A stretch of 64,000 nt of DNA from Mytilus edulis (GCF_963676685.1 NC_092352.1:25172001-25236000), one strand, 5' to 3'; shown: positions 35,481 to 49,295, counted from the first letter of the stretch. The notes: generated from the sequence alone by a model not told the origin. Made by a program: numbers and translations.

Positions 35481-38400
35481 TATCATAACACGAAGAGTAT
35501 GTGGTCCGGGAACACAATTATCGTCCGTTAATTTTCGTTGTTCATACTTTGAGTTAGAGTCGATGAAGTTTTCTTTAATTTAGTACAACACACTGTACAA
35601 ATATCATTGATAAAGCGCAAGTGGGATTTTTTTTATTTTCATTTATTGTCTAAAAGAAATGTACTATAAATAAATTGTGTTCTCGGACCATGTGAGCGAA
35701 CCCATATATAGTTAAAGGTTTCAAAGCACAATCGTATGTAAAATACAATTAACTTCTGTAAATTTCAAAAAAAGATGTGCTTCACAGAGGCTTAATTTCA
35801 CATGTTTTCTAATAATTTCATTTTACCGGTAGTATTAAGAATGTATATAACTTGTATGCATAATGGATATACAAAACAATTCCATATTTTCTTAGTCCAG
35901 TTGCAGTAAAAGCGACATGCGGGTGATAAGTTATAAAGTACTTATTATATTTCGTTTTAAGCAGCTATCACATATTCAGTCAATAAAATAAGCACTATTT
36001 TTAATGGAAAATATGTTTGCTTGTAGCTGCTGGAACGATTGAATGAATTTTAACTTTTTTTGTGCAAAGTCTGAGAGTACACTTAAACTTTACGATTAAA
36101 ACTTGAAATATTCTCGATTTTTTAATTAATAAACAATAATGCTTCTTCTAGCACAGATATTTACTTCTTTATCGACACGAACAATATGCAATTTATGTAA
36201 CCCATCGCACTACAGCGTAACCACCATCGTACCTCGGTTTTGATATGAATTGAACGAATAAAATTGAGAAAGGAAATAGGGAATGTGTCAAAGCGACAAC
36301 AACCCGACCATAGAGCAGACAACAAGTATTGAAAAAACAGCAATGAAAAAAAATCCAGAAAACAGGAAATATTTAAGTTTCTATTAATAAAATCGTAACT
36401 TTGAGAAAATATCTGGCATGTCGAATAAACTGACAATACTACGTTTTGTTTCCGGGTTTCTGTTTCGTTTTTTTTTTGTACTCTCGCTATTAATTTGCAC
36501 AACAAAACAGGTTGAAATGAAAAGGAAAATATTATCAAATACAGGGATTGTACCAGACAAGAAGTGAGTGTGAAATGAGGTAGTTGCTGATAAAAAGTAA
36601 AATCACAAAAATACTGAACTCTGAGGAAAAGTAAAAACGGAAAGTCCCTTATCAAATGGCAAAATCAAATGAAAAAAAAACACCACATCAAACGAATGGA
36701 CAACACCAATTAGACATTATTCGATTTTTTGACAAATTTCAGGATAGAAGCATTTAGAGGTTTGTTTAAAATATTACAGTGCGTTTAAATTAAAAGTTAC
36801 ATAACCTATAGTGGGCTATATTTAATGTTTAATAAACTTGAGAAAGGAAATGGGGAATGTGTCAAAGCGACAACAACCCAACCATAGAGCAGACAACAGC
36901 CAAAGGCCACCAATGGGTCTTAAATATAGCGAGAAACTCCATCACCCGTAAGCGTCCTTCAGCTCGCTTCTTAAAAAATATAAATACTTGTACAGTGATA
37001 ATGGACGTCATACTAAACTCCGAATTATACACAACAAACCTCAATTAAAAATCATACAAGACAAACAAAGGCCAGAGGCTCCTGACTTGGGACAGGCGCA
37101 AAATTGCGGCGGGGTTCAACATGTTTATGAGATCTCAACCCTCTCCCTATACTCTAGCCAATGTAGAAAAGTAGACGCATAACAATACGCACATTAAAAT
37201 TGAGTTCAAGAGAAGTCCGAGTCCGATGTCAGAAGATGTAACCAAAGAAAATAAATAAAATGACAATAATACATAAATAACAACAGACTACCAGCAGTTA
37301 ACTGACATGCCAGCTCCAGACCTCAATTAAACTGATTGAAAGAGTATGTCTTCATCATATGAATATCAGGCAAAATCCCTCCCGTTTGGGGTTTAGTATC
37401 ATAATATCCTAAAATATATGAGAAGAACATAACCCGTGTCATGTCAACAACTGTTTTTTTTTAAATAAACGTGTTTAGTTCCGATGAAAAGACCCTATAA
37501 GTGAATCAATATTAAAGCCAAAATTTGCAATCTTTAATTACCTGACAACAGTATCGTAACTATATCCCTTTTAATAAGTCTGTTTAACGGTTTTGTAAGC
37601 TTTTGAGGTGAATACTGACATTTTTAAGAACACATGAGTCGGAAACAGTCCAATCAAAATTACATCTATTTCTTATTTACTATTGTTAATTTAAAGACAT
37701 TAAGGAAACTGTTATTTAACTTTTTACGAATTCAATGTAGATATGCCTTTGCTAGCTTCACTGCATGTTCAAAATGCACAATACTAAAACTTTTGCTTTA
37801 TTGTTAATGTAAAGTTGTGTCCGGCAATCGCGACAGTAAGCAAGACAGTCTTAATCTAGAGAAGTACTTTTGAATGCTACATCTCAGTCAGAACGGTGCT
37901 TTCTTGAAGGCGGGATTATAAAAAATAGAAAAATAGAACAGTAAGCCTTTTATGCATTGGTGTCATTATAACGAAAGGCTATATTAAAGAAGACAGAGGA
38001 AAAGTATGAATAATGACATTTTCGCTTTTATTAATACATTTTCGACGGAAAGAGTCATCTTTTGGAGACGATCCTGCCACTTGTATAAAAAATCTTGTCA
38101 AGAGTTTATTGGTTTTGATTAAAAATGTCGATCAGTACACCTCAAAGAGATTCAGTACAAATATATCATATTAGTTAGTAGTCTTAATAAAACAATGATT
38201 ATCTTGGACGACATAAAACAGGAGAATATATTATTTACAATATTACATAAACCGTTAGTAGAACAAAACAGACAACGCCAAAACTTTACCGTAAAAGGGA
38301 TGAATTCAGCTTCCTAATTGTGAATTTTAGTTTCTATGTAGTACGATATCAAAGTTTTGTATCTCCAAGTTGATGGCTGCATTCTCTATCCTGATTTTCC

Positions 38401-39707
38401 ATGACAGAAGGTTGCTACTCACATGGAAAATATATTGTACTCATGGTTCAAATTACTAAAGTTAAAGTAGTCCTTTACCTTACAACATTTTTTTTTTCCA
38501 TTTACCTGTGTACAATATTTTATTTTATTTAGCGGTATTTTGTTATGGTTGTCTTTTCGACATCTCACCCCTTATGATATTGATTTTATATTAAGATTGT
38601 TTCATATATTAATTGTTTTCGTTCAGTGCATTTTCACTTGTTTGTGTTTTGTAAGTATTTTGAATCAGTTAAGCCATTTCTATTGATATTTTATAGTATG
38701 TCTTTCTATGTTGTAATGTTCTACTTTTGTTTCAGGTAAGGGTGAAGGTTGGTATCTAATAAAAACGCCTTTGTTTATACCTGTCCTTAGTCAGGAAGCT
38801 GATGTTCAGTGGTTGTCGTTTGTTGACGTTTTTCATAACAGTTTCTCGTTTCTCATTTTTTTATATAGATTATACCGTTGGTTTCTCTGTTTGAATAGTT
38901 TTACACTAGTCATGTGTGAGACCCTTTGTAGCTTGCTTCGCGTTCTTGCTACACAATACAGTCCCCTTTACACGATTATGATAATACCGAATTAAACTTA
39001 TCAACGAATGTGTCCTTATAATGAGTAACATGACGTGTCTAAATTTTTGTGCATCATCTGCTTCCCCCTAAAGATTACCTTTGGAAAACCCCTTGTTTAG
39101 TCTTTAATGGGTGTTTTGTTTTTGTTGCACTTCAGTGTGTTTGTTCTGCCTTTGTTTTCTTTTTTGAGGAAATGTGTTTTCTTCTGCTTTAGTGTGTAAC
39201 CCATATTTGTTTTCTCTAAATCGATTTAAGACTTTTGAACAGTGGTATACTAATGTTGCCTTTATCAAATAAAATGTTTTGAGGAGATTGATTGTTTTCG
39301 TCCTCTTTTGTTATTGCCATGTTGTTGACAGTTACTCTTCGAATTATGAGTTTTAAATGTCCCCTTGATATTTTTCGCCTTTGTTTAATAAAGAAAATAA
39401 GACGAAAGCCTTACAATAGCTTACAAAACACTATACAGAAAACTAAAGATAGAGGAAGTCTGATCAACCAAATAAACGAAGGGTATAGCTGCACAAGTGT
39501 TATCCGACGTGTAACTCTTAATGAAATTCATTGATATTAAATATTTATGGCCAATTAAAAAAAACTCCTATGATTTCAATCTATTCAAATAATGTAATTA
39601 TTTTTTCACTTTGCAGGTGTTCAGTACAACTATTTTTTAGTTTTTAAGTGCCTGCGACAACGTGACCCAGGATTTTTTTATTCCAAAGTCATGAGAACTG
39701 TTTTTTA

Positions 39708-42108
39708 CGGTGGCAGAATGCGGCCATGAAAGAAAAAAAAATTATGTTGTTCCCTCAAGATACTATGTCGTTCCCTCAAGATGCTATGTCGTTCCAACAA
39801 GATAGTTATCTCGTTCCCTCAAGATACTATGTCGTTCCCTCAAGATAGTTATCTCGTTCCCTCAAGATACTATGTCGTTCCCTCAAGATAGTTATCTCGT
39901 TCCCTCAAGATAATTATCTCGTTCCCTCAAGATACTATGTCGATCCCTCAAGATGTTATGTTGTTCCCTCAAGATACTATGTCGTTCCCTCAAGATGATA
40001 TGTCGTTACCACAAGATAGTTATCTCGTTCCCTCAAGTTACTATGTCGTTCCCTCAAGATAGTTATCTCGTTCCCGCAAGATACTATGTCGTTCCCTCAA
40101 GATAGTTATCTCGTTCCCTCAAGATAATTATCTCGTTCCCTCAAGATACTATGTCGTTCCCTCAAGATACTATGTCGTTCCCTCAAGATACTATGTCGTT
40201 CCCTCAAGATGATATGTCGTTCCCACAAGATAGTTATCTCGTTCCCTCAAGATACTATGTCGTTCCCTCAAGATAGCTATCTCGTTCCCTCAAGATACTA
40301 TATCGTTCCCTCAAGATAGTTATCTCGTTCCCTCAACATAGCAATACAATTATATTGATTTATTCTTTATTTCCAACTTCGAAACGGTGGAGTAAAGACG
40401 TGGAGTTACTTCCAATTCACTTTTTAATCAAATGCGGAACAATGCAAGAACGAGAAATTAAGACCACCGACACGAAACACGGAAAATAAATAAGGGGAAA
40501 TACGAAGCACGCACATCGAACCAAACACGAGAAAACGAGAAATAAAACACCAAATCACGAAAACACGTAAAATGAAAAAGCCGAAAACGTTGCACGAAAA
40601 TAACCCTTTACCACCCTTAGAAAATAAAATTAAAAATGAGCCACAAAATGTTTTATCATCTCCTATTCCTGGATTTCTAATACATTAACCTAACTGTTTG
40701 TGTTGTACATGTGCATATGTATGTAATCAGTATCTTCCTTAGATTTAATTTTCAAATGTTAAAAGGGTGAAAAATAATTCCTTTTCTGTGTATCCATGGC
40801 AACATTCTTCATTTATTTACCATAAAATATTGCAAAAAGGGGGTAAACATGCATGTCACATATCCCCCAAAAGTTGGATCAAACTAGAATTTCAATGCCT
40901 TTGAGTGATACCTTTTTAGACACTGTTTTCATAAATCTTCCTAATGATCAAATAAAAAATGGGTGTCTTTCGCCTAATTTTTTCGTAAAATCTAATCACA
41001 AAGTTCGTGCGACAAAAAGTTGGAAAAAAACATTACAAAAATTGCCGGACCAATGTATGGTATGGACATACATGTACAAATACGGACTGTCATACAGAAA
41101 ACAGCCTATATTACATACATTATATGATCTTGATGTTCATATAAACCCAATACGAAGGCTATTTTAATACTCAGCTATCCAAAAATGAATTTTATTGCAC
41201 ACTAGCTCTTATATTTGAAAAATCCTCAGGGGCCAAAATGCGAAACTACACATCTAACTGTGGAGTGCTACCTTTACTGGGACTCCGGGATCGGGTGTTT
41301 TTAAGCTCGGGATTTCGGGATTGACCCTTTCGGATCCGGGAATTCTTTTTTTCGGATTACGGGACGTCGGGATTTACTTTATTTAAATTCGGGATTTCGA
41401 GATTTCGTGTTTTTAAGCCCGGGATTTCTGGATCAGGAACCCTCCTATCCCCTCTCAGTTATTCTCTTTAAATACAGAATTATTATATCATTATTATTAT
41501 GTAAATATTCTACTTTTGGGATCTGGCCACGTCTACAGTTCCGCTTCGAAGGGCGAAATGAATCATATATCAATACAAATTTAAAATCTTGAGGGAACGA
41601 GATAACTATCTTGAGGGAACAACATAGTATCTTGAGGGAACGACATAGCATCTTGAGGGAACAACATAACATCTTGAGGGAACGACATAGTATCTTGAGG
41701 GAACGAGATAACTATCTTGAGGGAACAACATATTATCTTGAGGGAACGACATAGTATCTTGAGGGAACGAGATAACTATTTTGAGGGAACGACATAGTAT
41801 CTTGAGGGAACGAGATAACTATCTTGAGGGAACAACATAACATCTTGAGGGAACGACATAGTATCTTGAGGGAACGACATAGCATCTTGAGGGAACGAGA
41901 TAACTATCTTGAGGGAACAACATAACATCTTGAGGGAACGACATAGTATCTTGAGGGAACGAGATAACTATCTTGAAGGAACGACATAGTATCTTGAGGG
42001 AACGAGATAACTATCTTGTGGGAACGACATAGCATCTTGAGGGAACGACATAGTATCTTGAGGGAACAACATATTTTTTTTTTATTTCATGGCCGCATTC
42101 TGCCACCG
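39708..42108. mobile_element. Foldback-type non-autonomous DNA transposon with mirrored 21/22-nt subterminal tandem arrays and probable TA duplication
   Basis: TA|CGGTGGCAGAATGCGGCCATGAAA ... TTTCATGGCCGCATTCTGCCACCG|TA. Arrays of GTTCCCTCAAG+ATACTATGTC or +ATAGTTATCTC lie at 39743-40340 and, reverse-complemented, at 41586-42072. Confidence 0.9.
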
Positions 42109-42605
42109 TAGTTTTTGCTGTCTAAATCGCCATAATCACATAGGCACACGCTATTAAATTTTAAGAAACAATGGCCAAAAATCGTTATTTTTCCTACTTT
42201 TGGCATTTTTTATGCTCTTTTAACCCCCTCAACTCACCCATTTTTTGAAATTTATGGTTTTGAAATTCATTCAAACAAATTTCAAACTTACGGGATTATT
42301 TTAACGTGATAAATAGCTTTCCAAAACAAAATTTGAAAATGAGAAAATAGGGGGCAAAAGGCAGGCCTTATCGTACCCTGTCCTTTGAATTGCGCCACCG
42401 AAAGAACATTGTTCAAAAATAAGGAAATTGACATATTTCTCAATATATTTATTTCGTCAATCAAGAAACAAGTAAACATTTTTTTTTAAACTTGAAACAA
42501 CATTTGACATTTCAGTTTGTTTCTATCAAATTGCAATAAATATGATCACAATCATAGTCAAATGAATCAAAAAGGGAGGCAATTGCCAAGAGTAATTGAA
42601 ACACT

Positions 42606-42787
42606 TCAGTTCCTTAATTTTGCTCTGAGTTTGTATTCTGCAGGAAAGAAGATAACTCCAAACATTCTTTTCTTAGCGGGTGGTCCCGATCCATCAGGTG
42701 GCAAAAATTTAAACTTTCTCACAAGGGAAACGATGGTTAAAAATAACTCTTGCCGGGCCAACACTTCTCCAGGGCAGCTTCTTTTGC
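42606..42787 (-). CDS. Cytochrome P450 (clan 2 type), exon 4 (heme-ligand Cys, stop)
   Basis: Acceptor CTTATTCTAG|. Completes PFSLG|KRSCPGEVLARQELFL (FxxGxRxCxG). Confidence 0.95.
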
Positions 42788-43259
42788 CTAGAATAAGTAA
42801 TATACAATATAAAATATTACCAATATCACATTCATTCCTTAGCATATGTAGTTGCTAGAACAAATATTCATCCTGTCTCACTGGATACATATCACAGTAC
42901 AAAATCAACATTGATTTAGTTTAAACACGTTTACAATTAGTTAAATGTAATGTACACTGGTTTCGCATTAAATATGTTTCTCGGACAAAAGAAGAACCAT
43001 TATAGTAAAAATACGGTCTTCAACACGAAGCCTTGGCTCACACCGAAAAGTAAGCTATAAAGGGTCCTAAACATTACTAAATGAAATTATATTGAATTAA
43101 CCTAAGCTTATATGGCATGACATGATTTCTACTATATCTATACCGTCATTTCCTTTCCATACTTCTCGTGTATTTTGAATATCACAAGTACCCTCTTTAT
43201 TGTATTCCCAAAAATTCCAATGCGTTAAAAAGGATCGTTGTCTCTTGAAACCATTAATA

Positions 43260-44350
43260 TGCGATTCCTCATGGTTATATCAATAAAATATCAAGATTTA
43301 ACACATATTATTCGACTTTCGATACATACGATTCGCTCGTGTATGTAACAACGTTTTAGATTTTAACGAGAGAAATTTATGTATTACTGAAAAATTATTA
43401 CACCAGGGTTTTCGATATCACAAACTAGTCAACACTTTTACTAAATTTTATCATCGGTATAAGGACATCATTCGTAAATATAGCTCAACATGCAGACTTT
43501 TTATACGTTCAGGTATTTCACATCCAATCTTTTATGGAAATATTCTTTATAAAGCACAAAAATTTTAGTATTCACCTCAGCAGCTTACAAAACCTTTTAA
43601 TAAACTTATTAAGAAGGGATATAGTTACGATACTGTTGTCAGGTCATTAAAGATTGCATATTTTGGCGTTAATATTGATTCACTTATAGGGTCTTTGCAT
43701 CGGAACTAAACACATTTATTTAAAAACCAGTGGTTGGCATGACACGGGTTATGTTCTTCTCATATATGTTATGATGGTAAGATAGTTAACCCCTAACGGG
43801 AAGGATTGTGCCTGATATTCATATGATGAAGACGTAATCTTTCAATCAGTTTAATCTAAGTCTGGAGCTGGCATGTCAGTTAACTGCTAGTAGTCTGTTG
43901 TTATTTATGTATAATTGTCATTTTGTTTATTTTCTTTGGTTACATCTTCTGGCATCGGACTCGGACTTCTCTTGAACTGAATTTTAATGTGCGTGTTGTT
44001 ATGCGTTTACTTTTCTACATTGGCTAGAGGTATAGGGGGAGGATTAAGATCTCATAAACATGTTGAACCCCGTCGCATTTTTTGCGCCTGTCCCAATTCA
44101 GGAGCCTCTGGCCTTTGTTAGTCTTGTATTATTTTTAATTTTAGTCTCTTGTGTACAATTTGGAGTTTAGTATGGCGTTCATATTCACTGAAATGATATA
44201 TATATTTGTTTAGGGGCCAGCTGAAGAACGCCCCCGGGTGCGGGAATTGTTCGCTGCATTGAAGACCTGTTGGTAACCTTCTGCTGTTGTCTGTTCTATG
44301 GTCGGGTTGTTGTCTCTTTGACACATTTGCCATATATATTCTCAATTTTA
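43260..44350 (+). mobile_element. 3' part of a Penelope-like element (RT C-terminus plus 3' UTR) in P450 intron 3
   Basis: RFARVCNNVLDFNERNLCITEKLLHQGFRYHKLVNTFTKFYHRYKDIIRKY. The 3' UTR matches 36830-37620 in reverse. Confidence 0.8.
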
Positions 44351-44731
44351 TTTCTCATGGTTTGTTTTTCGTTATTGTTTTATCATGTGGCGATTTACAT
44401 TTTCAGAATCTATACAAGTCATGTATGCAGGCAGAGTTTTTTATTTGCACCTATACCACATTTTCTGATATCTTTTGTCGTTTTATGATTTACTGTTGTG
44501 TATGTGGTTTGGTTACTGTTGTTTATAGCTATGAGTATGTTAAAACATAAAATTAAAGCTAAGAAGAATACAGTAAGATTTTTCGCAGTAACCAATAAGA
44601 TTAAGAATGAAATCGAAGAATGCGTCAAGGAGACAACACACCGACTAAAAAGCAGCTAAAACGCTACCAGTGTGTCAACACAGCGAAAAATTGAAGAGTG
44701 TTATATGCCTTCTACTTTTTCTTTTACATAC

Positions 44732-45175
44732 CTAACGAAAACGGTACATTCAATTTGGTCATCGATGTAGATATTTTAGATCCCTCTAAGAATCTATCTG
44801 GTATAAAATCTTCTGGGTCAGGATAAATGTTCTTATCAAAAAGTACAGAATCCAAACTTGGGTAGATAACAGTCTCAGCAGGGATTTTATACCCTTGGAA
44901 TTTAACATCAACCCGAGAAGACCTTGGAGCAGACAATGGTCCCACATTCGATACCCGCATGGTTTCGTTGCAAACAGCGTCACAGTAAGGCATATTCAAT
45001 CTGTCATTCATATCAGGAGGGCGTTCTAGTCCAATAACGTCTTGAATTTCAAGAAACATTCTTTCCTGTATTTCAGGTTTGCAAATAAGATGGAGAATTG
45101 CCCATCGTGTGTTTGTGGCTGTAGTGTCAGTTCCTGCCAACAAAAAATCACGGCATATTCTTACAAGCTGTCGTT
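44732..45175 (-). CDS. Cytochrome P450 exon 3
   Basis: Acceptor TTATTTGTAG|, donor TTAG|GTATGT. I-helix AGTDTT, ExxR (ETMR) and PERF-like PDRF. Confidence 0.95.
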
Positions 45176-46112
45176 CTACAAATAAGAAAAGTACAGAAAT
45201 ATTTTTAAACGTAGGTCTTCTTTCATAGTTTAGAAAGTTGTAACACGCATACTAAAAATATCATAAGTATAAAGTTTAACAAATTCTTAGAGCTATGAGC
45301 TATCTCTTGAACATTATCATATTCGAATCATAACGTGAGTCAAAAACATTTTTACACACAATAAAATAAAAGAAGTATAAATAAGTGCTCCACTTAGGTT
45401 TTAAACATTTTTATTGACTACCAAGGATATTTACAAAAAAACTATAAAATTTCAAATAAAGTTTGCAATAACACAGCTACGTGTGGTTTCGTTGAACTTC
45501 TGACAACTCATGTCATACTATTTTATATTTAACCAAAATATAACTGTTTCTTTTAAATGTAAAAATGTAAATGACATTAAATCAAAACCAAAATTAAATA
45601 TAAGTAAGGCTGTGTGGTTTTTTTTCTACGGAACGGATTATTGGTAAAAAAATGTTTATTTATGTATAAATCTTTACGATGATATGAGTTTATGGATCAT
45701 ATTTGTTTGGGCATGACCACATGAAACGTTGTGTTGCATATAGTACTATGCAATAGCAGAGTCTATAATCCCTTTCTATAAGGAATTGCCAAAACAATGA
45801 GTTGGAAAGTAAGTAACCATAATATGAAATAATTTGCATTTATTCAATGTTTTAGGCAGAATGGTTTGCATTCATAAAAAATTTTGGCAGAGTTTGGTTA
45901 CTACTATACTAAATCAAAGATTAATAGTTATTATTACATCTTTTATGTAAACTATTGTCAAGTATGAATTTTAAAGTTGCACATACCTCGATTTAAGACA
46001 CTTACGTCGTTAATATGAATTACAAATCTCACATTTGAATTAAGAAGATAAAAGATTAAATGTTATATGGTTACGTTGAAATTTTTTTTAGTCAAAGAGT
46101 CAAGAATTCGCA

Positions 46113-46310
46113 TAGGTACCAGGATTATAATTTAATACGACTGACGCGCGTTTCGTTTACATAAGACTCATCGGTGATGCTCAGATCAAAAAAGTTATAA
46201 AGCCAAACAAGTGAAAAGTTGAAGAGCATTGAGGACACAAAATTTCAAAAAGTTGTGTCAAATACGGCTAAGGTAATCTTTTCCTGGGATAAGAAAATCC
46301 TTAGTTTTTC
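46113..46310 (-). mobile_element. Hammerhead-bearing repeat copy with mutated core (CCGATGA) in P450 intron 2
   Basis: Reverse strand reads GAGCATCACCGATGAGTCTTATGTAAACGAAACGCGCGTC, with flanks matching 17800-17985. Confidence 0.75.
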
Positions 46311-46442
46311 GCAAAAATATATTATTCATTATGTTCCATGACAACGTTTACGAGTTGACACTATGAGTGAAACTAGTTTTTCCTCGTTGTATGTTCACCA
46401 CTCACTTTAAGAAAAAAAAATGAAAATCTAATACAACTTAAA

Positions 46443-47257
46443 AACAAGAATGTGTCCATAGTACACGGATGCCCCACTCCCATTTTCATTTTCTATGTTC
46501 AGTAGACCGTGAAATTGGGATCGAAAATATAATTTTGCAATTAAATTAGAAAGATCATATCATAGGGAATGTGTTTACTAAGTTTAAAGTTGATTGGACT
46601 TCAACTTCATCAAAAACTACCATGACCAAAAACTTTAACCTGAAACTCCCACTTTCATTTTCTATGTTCAGTGGACCATGAAATTGGGGTCAAAAGTGTA
46701 ATTGGGCTTTAAAATTAGAAAGATCATATCATAAGCAACAAGTGTACTAAGTTTCAATTTGATTGGACTTCAGCTTCATCAAAAACTACCTTGACCAAAA
46801 CTTTAACCTGAAACTCCCATTTTCTATTTCTATGTTCAGTGGACCATGAAATTGGTGTCAAAAGTGTAATTGGGCTTTAAAATTAGAAAGATCATATCAT
46901 AAGCAACGAGTGTACTAAGTTTCAAGTTGATTGGACTTCAGCCTCATCAAAAACTACCTTGACCAAAAACTTTAACCTGAAACTCCCACTTTCATTTACT
47001 ATGTTCAGTGGACCGTGAAATTGGGGTCAAAAGTCTAATTTGGCTTTAAAATTAGAAAGATCATATCATAAGCAACAAGTGTACTAAGTTTCAAGTTGAT
47101 TGGACTTCAGCTTCATCAAATACTACCTTGACCAAAAACTTTAACCTGAAGTCGGACGAACGAACGAACGGACGGACGGACGGACGGACGGACGAACGAA
47201 CGGAGCCACAGACCAGAAAACATAATCCCCCTCTACTATCGTAGGTGGGGCATAAAA
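46443..47257. mobile_element. Helentron/pearl-like non-autonomous element with four 168-169-bp internal tandem repeats
   Basis: ATGTTCAGT recurs at 46495, 46664, 46832 and 47001. A (GAAC/GGAC)n microsatellite lies at about 47155-47203, followed by terminal hairpin CCCC.CTAC-TATC-GTAGGTGGGG. Confidence 0.8.
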
Positions 47258-47276
47258 ATGGAAGAACAATTCTTAC

Positions 47277-47795
47277 CTGAGTATACAGAATCTTTTTCGT
47301 TTTGTCGCTTCTTCATCTCAGATAAATAAGCATCAGCATAATCGACTAGATTATTTTCATCAAATGTTTGCTTATGCTCATCAAGACATTTCTGGACAAA
47401 TGCGTCTAACTTTCTTTCGACGTCCAATAATCTTTTAGCATGGAAAAGATCTCCAGGGAATGATTCCAAAACTGGTATCGCGTCTAATATTCCAGAAAAT
47501 TCGGAGTCTGTTAGATGCTCGTGTAGCATATCTCTGATTTTCATCATTTGTGGGTCATCATAATCAAAACGACGATTGAACACAATAGATGTTACAATGT
47601 TAGAAAAAACACCTTGAATAAGTGGTTTCAATGTAAACATTTCGCCTTTAGTGTTTTCAATTGTTTTTAATAAAATTGTCACCTCTTCAAGGATTTTGTC
47701 CTGCAGGCTGCGTTTTCCTAATCCGAAATCCTTCAATGTCTTTTGAGTAAAAAATCTGCTTTCTTTCCACAAAAGACCACTAGATCCAATAATTC
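47277..47795 (-). CDS. Cytochrome P450 exon 2
   Basis: Acceptor TTTTGTTTCAG|, donor TCAG|GTAAGA. GIIGSSGLLWKESRFF (WxxxR), NIVTSIVFNRRFDYDDP. Confidence 0.95.
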
Positions 47796-48410
47796 CTGAA
47801 ACAAAATAAAAACATTGCACAAGGTCATATTTTTCTCGAACCGTCAATGACGTCTTTACACGATATCCATTGTATGTTACATGTGTACTGAAATCATACC
47901 ACGTCTCTTTATTTTTATACTTACTAAAGCAAAACATTTTAATCGTCTTTGAATATATTGTGATAGGTAACAAAACATTGTCCATCGATTAATTAGATTT
48001 TGTTACTAGGGTAATTTAAGGCAACAGTAGTATACCGCTGTTCAAAACTCATAAATCCATGGACAAAAAACAAAATCGGGGTAACAAACTAAAACCGAGG
48101 GAAACGCATTAAATATAAGAGGAGAACAATGACACAGCATTAAAATGTAACAGACATACACACATAAACGGACCAAGCACCAGACAAAACCCTATGAGAA
48201 CAATAAATAAACGTAAAACTGTTGCAGATCTGTCTTGTAAACATATTGATATTGATTAGTATATTTTTGGCTCATAAAGCGGTGTGCTTTAAGACTATTT
48301 CACCAGGATGTACACCAATCTATTGTGAATCAAGAAACATTGTTATAATTTGGATCCTCAATGCTCTTCAACTTTGTATTTATTTGGCTTTTTAACTTTT
48401 TTGATATGAG

Positions 48411-48452
48411 CGTCACTGATGAGTCTTATGTAGACGAAACGCGCGTCTGGCG
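48411..48452 (+). ncRNA. Minimal type I hammerhead ribozyme, intact core
   Basis: Stem I CGTCA/TGGCG; CTGATGA at 48416-22; stem II GTCT-TATGT-AGAC; GAAA at 48436-39; palindromic short stem III ACGCGCGT; GUC cleavage triplet at 48445-47. Confidence 0.85.
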
Positions 48453-48740
48453 TATAAAATTATAATCCTGGTACTTTTGATTTCTATTATAACTGCAGAG
48501 TTATTTTCAATATATATAAGGAGCCACACGACACTTTAGAGTTCCAATAAGATTGTCTTTATGGAAAAGTATACAACATATGTACAGTGCCCTAACTTGT
48601 TTACATCATCTTTTTTCTCTGGTGAATAGCAATGTAACCCCCTCGTCTTATTTGTATATTTTGGAAAAGGTTCATGTGGTGATTGGCATATTGTGTTACA
48701 ATAAACTCATCATATAAACCAGGATTAAATTTTATATTTA

Positions 48741-48785
48741 CACCAGACACGCGTTTCGTCTACAAAATACTCATCAGTGACGCTC
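48741..48785 (-). ncRNA. Minimal type I hammerhead ribozyme, sense to the P450 pre-mRNA (intron 1)
   Basis: Reverse strand GAGCGTCA-CTGATGA-GTAT-TTTGT-AGAC-GAAA-CGCGT-GTC-TGGTG. The core is intact, with one stem II mismatch. Confidence 0.75.
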
Positions 48786-49019
48786 GAATCCAAAAATAGT
48801 TAATAAGGCCAAAATAAAGCACGAAGTTGAAAAGCATTAAGGACCGAAATTCTTAAAAGTTTTGCCAAATACGGCTAAGGTTATCCACACCTGAGATAGG
48901 AAAGCCTTAGTATTTCAAAAATTCCAAATTTTGCAAACAGTTAATTTATAAATATGACCATATCAATGATAATTCATGTCAACACAGAAGTAATTGTTAA
49001 TGTACTTGTAATTAATATG

Positions 49020-49295
49020 GTTTTGGGAATCGTTTATCGGAATTTGACTATTTACCGAATTTGTTTTCACATAAGCAACACGACTAGTGCCACATGTGGA
49101 GCAGGATCTGCTAATCTTTCCGGGGCACCTGAGATCACCCCTAGTTTTTGGTGGGGTTTGTGTTGCTAATTCTATAGTTTTCTATGTTGTGTCATGTGTA
49201 CTATTGTTTGTCTGTTTGTCTTTTTTTCATTTTTAGCCATGGCGTTGTCAGTTTATTTTCGATTTATGAGTTTGGTATCTTTTGTCCCTCTTTTA
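49020..49295 (+). repeat. Retroelement 3'-tail repeat with self-complementary ends
   Basis: AGCAACACGA...GGAGCAGGATCTGCT...GCACCTGAGATCACC...GGGGTTTGTGTTGCT. Tail fragments recur at about 21435, 24675 and 51375. Confidence 0.65.

Noticed and set aside
39743-42072. CRISPR-like array of short repeats
   Set aside because: The intervening sequences are two recurring 10-11-nt variants, not unique spacers. The arrays are mirrored inside TIRs, no cas genes are present, and the context is eukaryotic.
49071-49170. HDV-like ribozyme in the retroelement tail
   Set aside because: Several stems form, but I could not place the nested double pseudoknot or the catalytic C in J4/2.
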